Shown here: positions 1 to 13,207 of the stretch, in pieces
Numbering within the stretch: position 1 is the first letter of the stretch
Layout: each line of letters starts with the position of its first letter
Assembly: GCA_002796125.1 (NCBI GenBank)
Contig: PCWA01000109.1
Span: 65,347 to 129,346, forward strand
From: Candidatus Ghiorseimicrobium undicola
GTDB taxonomy: Bacteria; Omnitrophota; Gorgyraeia; Ghiorseimicrobiales; Ghiorseimicrobiaceae
DNA length: 64,000 nt
Direction: 5' to 3'
The notes under the pieces: model-generated
Seen by the model: the letters and a program-made list of their open reading frames with translations, nothing else
Told to the model about the DNA's origin: nothing
The model's database searches: none
Made by a program: the position numbers and the translations under genes

Positions 1-4712
<4,712 letters not shown>

Positions 4713-4789
4713 AATTAAAATTGATAAATTAAAAGTCTCGGGTTAAAATGCGGTTTTTTGCTCGCTTAACTAATCGCCGATCATTAAAA

Positions 4790-5209
4790 TTACTTCAATT
4801 CAATTGTTGCGCCGGCAGCTTCCAGCTTCTTCTTTAACTCTTCAGCTTCCGCTTTCGGCAGATTTTCTTTTACCGGCTTTGGAGCTGAATCAACTAAATC
4901 CTTAGCTTCTTTTAAGCCAAGGTTAGTTGCCGCGCGCACTTCCTTGATTACGGAAATTTTATTGCCCCCCGCATTTGTTAAAATAACGCTGAAGGCGGTT
5001 TTTTCTTCTACGGCTGCGCCGGCAGTACCAGCTCCCGCACCGGCGGCTCCAGGAGCAGCTGCCATAATAGGCATTGCCGCTGAAACACCAAATTTATCCT
5101 CCAGCGCTTTTACCAAATCAGAAAGTTCCAGCACCGTCAAATCTTCAACTGACTTAATAATCTGTTCTAACTTTTGATCCAGCTTTACTTCTGTTTTTGC
5201 GTCTGTCAT
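4790..5209 (-). CDS. rplL: 50S ribosomal protein L7/L12
   Basis: 139 aa with an Ala/Gly-rich hinge and the conserved C-terminal domain [16 protein letters not shown]. Confidence 0.95.
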   Translation of the reverse strand: MTDAKTEVKLDQKLEQIIKSVEDLTVLELSDLVKALEDKFGVSAAMPIMAAAPGAAGAGAGTAGAAVEEKTAFSVILTNAGGNKISVIKEVRAATNLGLKEAKDLVDSAPKPVKENLPKAEAEELKKKLEAAGATIELK

Positions 5210-5216
5210 TTCTTCC

Positions 5217-5256
5217 TCCTCAATGAGCCCTGACCATGTCAGGGTGAATTGATCAC
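5217..5256 (-). repeat. Family-1 intergenic hairpin element, copy A, between rplJ and rplL
   Basis: Plus strand reads cctcAATGAGC-ccctgaccatgtcaggg-tgAATTGATC. The RNA orientation is AAUUC-hairpin-GCUCAUUGAGGAGG immediately before the rplL AUG. Confidence 0.6.
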
Positions 5257-5258
5257 TA

Positions 5259-5801
5259 TCAGCTTTTGCTCTTTTTATCCTTTATGGCATTTATGGCGTA
5301 TATCGGCTTCCTTAATACACCATTTAATATATAAACCATGTTATTCAGCGGCGCTTTAATACAGTAAACAAACTTTGCCCGTAATTGATCCTTGCTGGGT
5401 AAATTCACCAGATTACCCAAATCCTGGCCTTTTACAAGGCGCTTCTCCAGGATACCGCCCTGAAATTCTAACGCCGCATGCGCCTTAGCAAAGTCAGAAA
5501 TCGCTTTGCATATTAAAATAGGATCATCATAGCCAAAGATAAACGCCGTTTGACCCTGGAGTATGTCAACCAGTTCTTTTAAATCGCTATCCTTTAGAAT
5601 ACGGCTGGAAAGAGAATTTTTTACTACAAAAAACCTGCTCTTGGTTTGAGAAAGATTATTCCTTAATTCCGTCAACTCGCTTGCCTTTAGGCCGGAAAAT
5701 TTTACCACAAACACGCTACTAATGTCATTGAGCCTTTTTTTAAACTCGCTTTCAACCGTTTTTTTATAAATTGTGCCGATTTTTTGCATGATTTTAACCA
5801 A
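5259..5801 (-). CDS. rplJ: 50S ribosomal protein L10
   Basis: 180-aa L10 family protein in the conserved rplJ-rplL order. Confidence 0.93.
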   Translation of the reverse strand: MVKIMQKIGTIYKKTVESEFKKRLNDISSVFVVKFSGLKASELTELRNNLSQTKSRFFVVKNSLSSRILKDSDLKELVDILQGQTAFIFGYDDPILICKAISDFAKAHAALEFQGGILEKRLVKGQDLGNLVNLPSKDQLRAKFVYCIKAPLNNMVYILNGVLRKPIYAINAIKDKKSKS

Positions 5802-5809
5802 CGCTTAAG

Positions 5810-6505
5810 CTATGCTTCTATTTTTATCCCGATTCCCATAGTCGTGGAAATAGAAACGCTCTTTACAAATTTACCTTTTACCGAAGCCGGCTTAGCCGCT
5901 AAAACAGTATCTATAAATTTAGACGCATTATCATAAAGCTTATTTTCATCAAAAGAAATTTTACCCACTGAACAATGGATGCCGGATTGTTTATCCACCT
6001 TAAACTCCACTTTCCCTGCTTTTATTTCTTTTATCGCTTGGGCAATATTATTTGTGACCGTACCCGTCTTAGGAGAAGGCATAAGCCCTCGCGGCCCCAA
6101 AACCTTCCCCAGCCGGCTTACATCTTTCATGATATCGGGAGTAGCAACAGCTACATCAAAATCCATCCATCCTCCAAGAACCTTGTCTATCAACTCTTGA
6201 GAGCCGAAAAAATCCGCTCCCGCTTGGCGCGCTTCCTTTTCTGCCTCACCCTTGCAAAATACGGCAATACGCACTTTTTTACCTACGCCATGAGGCAATA
6301 TCACGGTACCGCGAACCATCTGGTCGGATTTCTTTGGATCAATATTTAAATTAAACGCCACATCAACCGACTCATTAAATTTCGCAGGCGGCACTTTCTT
6401 TAAAATGCCGACAGCCTCTTTAAGGGTGTAATATTTGTCTAAATCGGTTAATTTTAATGCTTCTTTAAATCTTTTGCTATGTTTATTCATGATCCGCTTA
6501 ATCAA
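5810..6505 (-). CDS. rplA: 50S ribosomal protein L1
   Basis: 231-aa L1 family protein. Confidence 0.95.
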   Translation of the reverse strand: MIKRIMNKHSKRFKEALKLTDLDKYYTLKEAVGILKKVPPAKFNESVDVAFNLNIDPKKSDQMVRGTVILPHGVGKKVRIAVFCKGEAEKEARQAGADFFGSQELIDKVLGGWMDFDVAVATPDIMKDVSRLGKVLGPRGLMPSPKTGTVTNNIAQAIKEIKAGKVEFKVDKQSGIHCSVGKISFDENKLYDNASKFIDTVLAAKPASVKGKFVKSVSISTTMGIGIKIEA

Positions 6506-6926
6506 TTACCTCTATGCCCATACTTTTAGCTGTTCCTTCTATGGTCTTAACCGCTTCATCTAAATTTAACGTACTTAAATCGCTCATCTTTTGTTTGGCT
6601 ATTTCTTCAACCTGAGCCCGCTTTATTTGAGCAATTTTCTCCTTGCCCGCCTGGCCCGAAGCTTTTGCCAGATTGCACGCGCGCTTCAAAAGAATCGACG
6701 AAGGCGGGGTCTTGATAATGAAATCAAAGCTCCTGTCTTCATATACGCTAATTACTACCGGAAGTATTAAGCCCTCCCTGCCTTTTGTTTTTTCATTAAA
6801 GTCCTTGCAGAACTGCATAATATTCACTCCATGCTGGCCAAGGGCCGGGCCCACAGGAGGAGCAGGATTAGCCTGCCCTGCTGGTACATGTAACTTTATC
6901 TGTGCTTTGATGTTTTTCTTAGCCAT
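6498..6926 (-). CDS. rplK: 50S ribosomal protein L11
   Basis: 142 aa starting [35 protein letters not shown]. Confidence 0.95.
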   Translation of the reverse strand: MAKKNIKAQIKLHVPAGQANPAPPVGPALGQHGVNIMQFCKDFNEKTKGREGLILPVVISVYEDRSFDFIIKTPPSSILLKRACNLAKASGQAGKEKIAQIKRAQVEEIAKQKMSDLSTLNLDEAVKTIEGTAKSMGIEVID

Positions 6927-6972
6927 AGTTCAGATGTCAGATATTAGATGGCAGTTTATCCACCATCTGTTA

Positions 6973-7500
6973 TCAAACTTTTTCTACTTGCCAAAACTCA
7001 AGCTCTACCGGGGTAGATCTGCCGAATATCGAAACAGAAACCTTGATCTTTCCTTTCTCCGGATAAACTTCTTCAATCGCTCCGTTAAAATTTACAAAAG
7101 GCCCGTCTGTTACGCGAACTTGCTCGCCCTTCTCAAACATAACTTTCGGACTAGGCTTAACCTGCGTTTCTTCCGCGCGCTTTAAAATATCTTCTACTTC
7201 ATGTGCCGGAAGCGGAAGCGGCTTCTTACCTACGCCGATAAAACCCGTAACCCCCGGAGTCCCTTTGATCAAAAGATATGCCTGTTCGCTTAAATCCATC
7301 TCCACTAAAAGATACCCCGGGAAAAATTTACGTTCTGAAATACGTTTTTTACCACCTCTAATTTCTGAAATCTGCTCGGTGGGTATCAGAAGACGCGTTA
7401 TAGCCTCTCCCATGCCGGCTGAAGTAATCCGGCCCTCCAGGCTTGTTTTTACTTTATCCTCTGATCCGGTTTGCGTATGTACGATATACCATTTCTTCAT
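6973..7500 (-). CDS. nusG: Transcription termination/antitermination factor NusG
   Basis: 175 aa with NGN and KOW domains, in the conserved position after secE. Confidence 0.93.
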   Translation of the reverse strand: MKKWYIVHTQTGSEDKVKTSLEGRITSAGMGEAITRLLIPTEQISEIRGGKKRISERKFFPGYLLVEMDLSEQAYLLIKGTPGVTGFIGVGKKPLPLPAHEVEDILKRAEETQVKPSPKVMFEKGEQVRVTDGPFVNFNGAIEEVYPEKGKIKVSVSIFGRSTPVELEFWQVEKV

Positions 7501-7507
7501 AACTAAT

Positions 7508-7702
7508 CTACTTGACCATTACTATCAACCAGCGCAAAATCCTCGAAAATGAAAAATCAATCAAACCTATAAAAACAGAAAGCAGGCCGGTGATAGTTAT
7601 AACCAAAAATGTCGCCGATAACAATTCTTGCCTGCTGGACCAGGAAACCTTAGTTAGCTCGGTTCTTACTTCAGCCACAAATTTTTTAATTTTAGCGACC
7701 AT
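7508..7702 (-). CDS. secE: Preprotein translocase subunit SecE
   Basis: KIKKFVAEVRTELTKVSWSSRQELL followed by a TM helix. I shortened the start to the ATG at 7702 because the longer ORF-track N-terminus would run through tRNA-Trp. Confidence 0.8.
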   Translation of the reverse strand: MVAKIKKFVAEVRTELTKVSWSSRQELLSATFLVITITGLLSVFIGLIDFSFSRILRWLIVMVK

Positions 7703-7767
7703 TATTTTATGATTGGCAGTATTTAATTTTTCCGTGACTATTGGCCTACTTATCTCTACTAACATTA

Positions 7768-7838
7768 CAGGAGCGGCAGGAGTCGAACCTGCAGTCACGG
7801 TTTTGGAGACCGTTGGTTTGCCCTTAACCGACGCTCCT
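7768..7838 (-). tRNA. tRNA-Trp, anticodon CCA
   Basis: The reverse complement folds as a cloverleaf: AGGAGCG acceptor, anticodon stem ACGGU/ACCGU with loop CUCCAAA, and T-arm GCAGG-UUCGACU-CCUGC. CCA is not encoded. It sits in the canonical rpmG-tRNATrp-secE position. Confidence 0.85.
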
Positions 7839-7881
7839 TCAAAGAAGATTTGACGTCGGGGGACATATCCGCGCTTAAAAT

Positions 7882-8031
7882 CTATTTTATCTCTTTATGC
7901 GCGGTATGCTTGCGGCAGAATCTGCAATACTTTTTTAACTCAATTCTCTCCGGATGCTTCTTTTTGTCTTTTGTGCTCGTATAATTACGGCTTTTACAAT
8001 CCAAACATTCTAGTGTGATAATTTCCCGCAT
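7882..8031 (-). CDS. rpmG: 50S ribosomal protein L33
   Basis: The 49-aa product [49 protein letters not shown] is a zinc-ribbon L33. It is below the ORF-track size cutoff. Confidence 0.85.
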   Translation of the reverse strand: MREIITLECLDCKSRNYTSTKDKKKHPERIELKKYCRFCRKHTAHKEIK

Positions 8032-8163
8032 AGCAAAATTTATCCGTTAAAAGGCCAGCATCAAAAACTGAAGCAAGCCAAGATTAAACTTGCAACGTTT
8101 GAGGTAGAATTAAAATTATAGCTTGCTCAGTTAGCTTTTTCCGTAATTTTCCGTCGGAGAAAA

Positions 8164-8235
8164 GCCCCCGATCGGAATTGAACCGATGGCCCCGTCCTTA
8201 CCAAGGACGTGCTCTGCCGACTGAGCTACGAGGGC
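8164..8235 (-). tRNA. tRNA-Thr, anticodon GGU
   Basis: The reverse complement reads GCCCUCGUAGCUCAGUCGGCAGAGCACGUCCUUGGUAAGGACG...AUCGGUUCAAUUCCGAUCGGGGGCU. It has a D-arm, an anticodon loop UUGGUAA and T-arm AUCGG/CCGAU. Confidence 0.85.
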
Positions 8236-8253
8236 AGCTTACGTAAAGCATTT

Positions 8254-8281
8254 ATTATAAATGCTTTTTAAGCTTTGTCAA
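8254..8281 (-). promoter_or_regulatory. Consensus sigma70-type promoter for the tRNAThr-rpmG-tRNATrp-secE-nusG transcription unit
   Basis: Minus-strand TTGACA (8276-8281), 16-nt spacer, TATAAT (8254-8259), about 19 nt upstream of the tRNA-Thr 5' end. The -10 lies inside the perfect palindrome AAAGCATTTAtaaTAAATGCTTT, and there is an A/T-rich UP-like tract upstream. Confidence 0.55.
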
Positions 8282-8317
8282 GTATTTTTTTTATTTTTTT
8301 GAAAAGGCAGTGCGGTT

Positions 8318-9595
8318 TTATGCAACAGTACGCGGGGAGAGCAGTTTATTAAAAATATGGCCGACTTTGCTAGAACCGCCGCCATCTTTTAACATTCCTT
8401 TCTCTGCCAACACCTCAACAAAAACATCTACCAGATCAGGATCAAACTGCTTATTTTTATTTTTAATCAATTCAGCTACCGCATCCTCTATAGAAAAAGG
8501 AGCCTTTCTATAAGGCCTGGAATGGGTCATGGCGTCGAATGAATCAACAATTGTGGCAATGCGTGCTCCCAGGGGAATCTTATATCCTTTTAGGCCTTCC
8601 GGATAACCGGAGCCGTCAAATTTTTCTTGATGGTAACGTATAATAGCCGCAACCTCTTCTAACCCGTCTATTTGTTCAAAAATTTCCGCTCCGTCTACGG
8701 GATGTTTTTTTAATATTGCCCATTCCCCTTGCGTCAAAGGGCCTTCCTTATATAAAATCTCTTTTGGCGTATACTGCTTGCCGATATCATGTAAAAATAT
8801 AGACGAAATAAATAATTCTTTGGGAATATCAGGAAACACCACTCCCCGCCTCTCTAATTTCACCACCATGCTGGCGGCCATATCAAACATTCTATCCATG
8901 TGAGGACGGGTAAAATCCGGATCGAACTTTTCTATACTCAACGACATAGCCTTTATTATTCCATAAAAGATTTTCTGGATATTTTTATACAGCTGGGCAT
9001 TACGTATCGCCATAACAGCCGTACGCGCCAGCGCCATAAAAAAATCAAGCTCTTCCTGCTGGAACCTGCTTCCATTGCTTTTCTTGCCTAAGAACAAAAT
9101 TCCCAAAAGGTTTTTTGTCTGAAAGTATCCCGGAACCAAGGCATCAACATCATAATCTTCCATTTCCGCGCGTAACTGGCCAATACAATCCCGCAAAGAA
9201 TTATTTACTGTTCCTTTCTTCAGGTATTTCAGTAAATCCTCTTTACGTATAGCCCCGCTTCTATTAATCAGATAATTTGTACGCTCAGCAAAGAATTTAA
9301 TGATGACATCATCATTTTCCATGCGGATATATTCTTTAGGGATTACCGATCCTTTTTTCCCTTTAGAGCTTGTTAAAACATATGATTTTTTGGCGTCATT
9401 ATAGAGAAGAATGCCCACATGGGTAAGCCTCACCTTTTTCACTATCATGTATACGATAAGACGGACTAAGCGTTCAATATCAAGGATTTCGACCATCCCG
9501 GCTGTCGCCAGCTCCAATGAACGTTTATATCCGCCAAATGGAAGGTTATTTTTTTTACTACGGACATTTTGTGAAGATTTTCTGGAAGGCATCAT
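8318..9595 (-). CDS. GAF domain-containing HD-GYP phosphohydrolase; likely c-di-GMP phosphodiesterase
   Basis: C-terminal HDIGK...HPVDGAEI...RYHQEKFDGSGYPEGLKG matches the HD-GYP signature. The N-terminal ~200 aa look GAF-like. The true start may be internal. Confidence 0.8.
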   Translation of the reverse strand: MMPSRKSSQNVRSKKNNLPFGGYKRSLELATAGMVEILDIERLVRLIVYMIVKKVRLTHVGILLYNDAKKSYVLTSSKGKKGSVIPKEYIRMENDDVIIKFFAERTNYLINRSGAIRKEDLLKYLKKGTVNNSLRDCIGQLRAEMEDYDVDALVPGYFQTKNLLGILFLGKKSNGSRFQQEELDFFMALARTAVMAIRNAQLYKNIQKIFYGIIKAMSLSIEKFDPDFTRPHMDRMFDMAASMVVKLERRGVVFPDIPKELFISSIFLHDIGKQYTPKEILYKEGPLTQGEWAILKKHPVDGAEIFEQIDGLEEVAAIIRYHQEKFDGSGYPEGLKGYKIPLGARIATIVDSFDAMTHSRPYRKAPFSIEDAVAELIKNKNKQFDPDLVDVFVEVLAEKGMLKDGGGSSKVGHIFNKLLSPRTVA

Positions 9596-9607
9596 AAACC
9601 CTAATAA

Positions 9608-9991
9608 TTATATTTTACTATTTATTTCATCGGCAAATTTAACCACCAAATTATCAAGGTCTTTTAATAAAATCGGCTTGGTAAGATAACTCGAAACTCC
9701 CAGTGTTTTTAAATATTCAATTTGTTCATTATTATCCAGGGCACTGACGATTATTACCTTTGGGTTAGGGCATATTTTCTTTATCCTTTTAAAGGTTTCG
9801 ATGCCATTGATGCCCTGCATCATTATATCTAAAATAACTATATCGGGCCTTTCTTTTTCAAAAATAACCAGCGCCTCTTCTCCAGAAAGGGCAAAAAGCA
9901 CATCAAAGCCCTTCTTTTTAAATCTCTGCTCGACATAATTACATATTAACTCTTCGTCATCAACAACCAATAGCTTTATCTTCTCAGGCAC
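9608..9991 (-). CDS. Single-domain response regulator (receiver only, CheY-like)
   Basis: 127 aa with LLVVDDE and ILDIMMQGINGIE and no output domain. Confidence 0.8.
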   Translation of the reverse strand: MPEKIKLLVVDDEELICNYVEQRFKKKGFDVLFALSGEEALVIFEKERPDIVILDIMMQGINGIETFKRIKKICPNPKVIIVSALDNNEQIEYLKTLGVSSYLTKPILLKDLDNLVVKFADEINSKI

Positions 9992-10018
9992 TAACAGCCC
10001 CTTTCTTATATGTAACTA

Positions 10019-10402
10019 TTATTTCTTCAGGCCCTTATGTAGCTTCAGCACCGTATCTATTATATTAAGCAAAGAATCAAAATTGTCTTCTTTGGCAAAA
10101 AATCCTGAAATACCCAACTTCTGGCACGTCTCCAGCCTTTCCTGCGTGCCATAAGCAGTAATCATAATCACCGGTATGTTTTTATTTATTTCTCTTATCG
10201 CGCGTAAAGTCTCTATGCCATCCATAAGAGGCATACTTATATCTAAAAATACCATATCCGGAGGCGACTTTTTAATAATAGTAAGCGCATCAGCACCATT
10301 ACTTTTTGATATTACATTGTAATCTTTTGCTTTAAGCCAATAGCTCATCATATAATTAAAATCTACTTCGTCATCAACCACCATAATGGCCGTTTTACTC
10401 AT
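10019..10402 (-). CDS. Single-domain response regulator (receiver only, CheY-like)
   Basis: 127 aa with MVVDDE and FLDISMPLMDGIE and no output domain. The RBS is AAGGGGG. Confidence 0.8.
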   Translation of the reverse strand: MSKTAIMVVDDEVDFNYMMSYWLKAKDYNVISKSNGADALTIIKKSPPDMVFLDISMPLMDGIETLRAIREINKNIPVIMITAYGTQERLETCQKLGISGFFAKEDNFDSLLNIIDTVLKLHKGLKK

Positions 10403-10468
10403 TTAACACCCCCTTAAAATAACCTGTAAAATCCATAAATTATCAAAATATTTTATGCCTACGTGCTT

Positions 10469-10496
10469 ATTATATAAGGTATATAAATAAAATCAA
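10469..10496 (-). promoter_or_regulatory. Candidate promoter for the two-receiver/HD-GYP cluster
   Basis: Minus-strand TTGATT (10491-10496), 16 nt, TATAAT (10469-10474), about 65 nt upstream of the first response regulator's AUG. Confidence 0.4.
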
Positions 10497-10497
10497 G

Positions 10498-11322
10498 TCA
10501 AAAATTTGCCCTGAGCCCGTACGGCACCAATCGCTCAATACTTTCAGAAATTTCTGCCATTTGTTTTAGAGAAAGCTCTTCGGCCCTGACATCGTGTTTC
10601 AGGCCCAAATCACGGATTATTGAACTTATCAGCTCTTTATCAAGTATGAAACTCAGCGCGTTTATGATTGTTTTGCGTCGTTTGGCAAAAGAATTCCTTA
10701 TTATCGTAAATAAAAGTTTTTCATTTCTTACTTTTAAAGGCGGCTCTTTATAAGGCGAGAGCCTCAATAACACACTTTCTACCTTAGGCGCGGGCCAAAA
10801 TGACCCCGGCTTAATTTTAAATAAAATCTCCGGTTTAAAATAATACTGCACAAAACAGCTCAAAGACCCGTATGACTCGCTGGCGGCAGGCGCAATAATG
10901 CGCTGTGCCAATTCTTTTTGAACAGTGATAAAAATATCTTCGATATTTTTTCGAAGATCAATCAGGTGTTCTATAATAGGAGTAGTTATATAATAAGGTA
11001 TATTACCTACAACTTTGATTTTTTTCCCGGAATATTTGCCTGGAATAGAATATTTAAGAAAATCACAATTTACTATTCTCACATTGGAGCTATCTCTGAA
11101 TTTATCTTTCAATAGGCTGACCGCGCGCCTGTCTACTTCTACCGCAATGACTTCTTCCGCCTCTTTTGCCAAAAAATCAGTAAGCGTACCCAGGCCCGGG
11201 CCGATTTCCAAGACAGTATCATTTCCTTTTAGCTTTATCGATGCCGCTATTTTGCCCAATATGTTTCTATCAAAGAGAAAATTCTGCCCCAGATGTTTTT
11301 TAGGCTTAAAGTCAGGCTTCAT
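10498..11322 (-). CDS. rsmA: 16S rRNA (adenine1518/1519-N6)-dimethyltransferase
   Basis: HLGQNFL and the GPGLGTLT SAM motif. The pdxA-ksgA pairing is conserved. Confidence 0.9.
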   Translation of the reverse strand: MKPDFKPKKHLGQNFLFDRNILGKIAASIKLKGNDTVLEIGPGLGTLTDFLAKEAEEVIAVEVDRRAVSLLKDKFRDSSNVRIVNCDFLKYSIPGKYSGKKIKVVGNIPYYITTPIIEHLIDLRKNIEDIFITVQKELAQRIIAPAASESYGSLSCFVQYYFKPEILFKIKPGSFWPAPKVESVLLRLSPYKEPPLKVRNEKLLFTIIRNSFAKRRKTIINALSFILDKELISSIIRDLGLKHDVRAEELSLKQMAEISESIERLVPYGLRANF

Positions 11323-12265
11323 TTATAAAAAGGTTTGCGGCATGGCCAATCGCGCTAATCATACTTGAAGCATCCGCCTTATTCCTACCGGCGATATCCA
11401 TCGCTGTCCCGTGCAAAGGAGAGGTACGTGTAAACGGCAGCCCCATGGTGATATTGGCCGCTCCCTTAGGATCAGTCAACTTTAACGGTATTAACGCCTG
11501 ATCGTGGTACATTGCAACAATAACATCAAATTTTGATTTTTGCGCCAGCGAAAACAATGTATCCGCCGGATACGGCCCCCGGCATCTTATCCGTTTGCCA
11601 ATATTTTTTAAGGCTGGAATTATAATTTTCTGCTCTTCTGTTCCAAAAAGCCCGTGATCGGAGGCGTGAGGATTAAGGGCGCATACGCCAATATTAGGCT
11701 TATTGATAGAATAAAATTTTCTAAAAAATTTATCGCATGTTCGAATTACCGCCCTGATATTTTCTTTGTTGATTTTTCTTGCTACCGATTCTAAAGAGGC
11801 ATGCCTGGTTACCAGGGCTATTTTAAATTTATTATTCACCAGCAACATCGCAAAATTTCTAACGCGAGTACGCATGGCCAGATATTCCGTATGGCCATAA
11901 AATTCTTTACTTACTAAAGATACCGACTCCTTGTTCACGGGTGCCGTCACTAAGGCGCCGATATTATTACGTACTTTTATCAAATCCAGCGCGGTATCAA
12001 TATACTCTAAAGATGCCTTGCCGTATTCAGGCTTAATCTTACCAAACGAAAATTTTTTTCTCTCTACATTGCTTAAATCTATAAATTCAACAGGGTTCCG
12101 GTAAAAAACATAGCCGGGAAAAACTTTATCAAAAACAAACTTATCCCCTACCACAATAAATTCAACATGCCTGTTAAATTTAGGGTGCCTAAGTGCTTTG
12201 GCGACTACCTCCGGCCCTATGCCAGAAGGATCACCCATTGTTATTATTATCTTGCATTTACGCAT
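11312..12265 (-). CDS. pdxA: 4-hydroxythreonine-4-phosphate dehydrogenase
   Basis: 317-aa PdxA family protein (ITMGDPSGIGPEV...HGTAMD). Confidence 0.9.
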   Translation of the reverse strand: MRKCKIIITMGDPSGIGPEVVAKALRHPKFNRHVEFIVVGDKFVFDKVFPGYVFYRNPVEFIDLSNVERKKFSFGKIKPEYGKASLEYIDTALDLIKVRNNIGALVTAPVNKESVSLVSKEFYGHTEYLAMRTRVRNFAMLLVNNKFKIALVTRHASLESVARKINKENIRAVIRTCDKFFRKFYSINKPNIGVCALNPHASDHGLFGTEEQKIIIPALKNIGKRIRCRGPYPADTLFSLAQKSKFDVIVAMYHDQALIPLKLTDPKGAANITMGLPFTRTSPLHGTAMDIAGRNKADASSMISAIGHAANLFINEA

Positions 12266-12281
12266 TTCAAAAAGTTTGCGC

Positions 12282-13205
12282 TTATTTAATAATAATATAG
12301 GCTTTTTCTTTAAGCCCGTTTACCCATTGGCTGAATTTTTCTTTCTTTTTTTCCTTTACAAGACGATCTTTGATCTCCGCCTCTATATCAGCCAGGGAAA
12401 GTTGCTCTTGGGGCTTCTTGCTCAATAGTTTAAAAATATAAAAACCGCCGTCGGTTTTAATTACGCCGGAGACCTGGCCTTCTTCAAGAGCAAAAATAGC
12501 CTCTTCTATATCACTAAGCAATTCGCCGCGGCCTACCACTCCCAAAGAAGCGCCAGAAGAAAATCTTCCTTTTACTTCTTCAAAATTTTCGCCATTACTC
12601 AACAAATTAAATGCCTCATCTATCCGGGCTTCGGAATCAGCATATATGGAATCTACTTCGGCTGTTTCAGGCTTCTTATACTCATCGCGGTGCGCCTGAT
12701 AATATGCGGTTATTTCTGTGGGGCTTACGGTTATCGCTTTATTCACGTTTACATCAACTATAGAGGCCATCATCATCTGCTCTTTTATTCTCTTGCGTAA
12801 ATCTGCCGGCGTTAGCCCCTGCGCTATCAATGAATCCTGAAAATCATTATCGCTTGCAAACCTTTCCTTGAGCTCCTTATATCTTTCATCAACAGCCCTC
12901 TCTGATATTTCCAACCCTTTGTGTTTTGCTTCTTCTAATATTAATTTATCTTCAATGAGACGTTTTAAAGCATCCGGCTGTTTTTTAATTATTTCTTCCT
13001 CTTTGCGTTCTTCTGAATAATTTTCAGGCAACTGCATATAAAAAACAGCCAGTAATTCATCGATATCGCTCTGGGTAATAATCTCATTATTTACGATAGC
13101 CACTATCCTATCTTGTGCCAGCTGCGTCCCTGGATGATCCTGGGCGCAGGCAGAAGGGATAATTACAAATAAAAACATAAAACTTAAAAAATAAAAGTAT
13201 TTCAT
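12282..13205 (-). CDS. Periplasmic peptidyl-prolyl cis-trans isomerase, SurA/PrsA family (one parvulin domain)
   Basis: Signal peptide, then a SurA-like N-domain, then a PpiC/parvulin domain (GGDLGVVGRGELLSDIEEA). The E. coli-like surA-pdxA-ksgA order is preserved. Confidence 0.75.
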   Translation of the reverse strand: MKYFYFLSFMFLFVIIPSACAQDHPGTQLAQDRIVAIVNNEIITQSDIDELLAVFYMQLPENYSEERKEEEIIKKQPDALKRLIEDKLILEEAKHKGLEISERAVDERYKELKERFASDNDFQDSLIAQGLTPADLRKRIKEQMMMASIVDVNVNKAITVSPTEITAYYQAHRDEYKKPETAEVDSIYADSEARIDEAFNLLSNGENFEEVKGRFSSGASLGVVGRGELLSDIEEAIFALEEGQVSGVIKTDGGFYIFKLLSKKPQEQLSLADIEAEIKDRLVKEKKKEKFSQWVNGLKEKAYIIIK

Positions 13206-13207
13206 TA

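Noticed and set aside
7703-7798. Longer SecE N-terminus from the ORF track (start at 7798)
   Set aside because: It would be translated straight through the tRNA-Trp gene (7768-7838). The conserved SecE sequence begins at the ATG at 7702.
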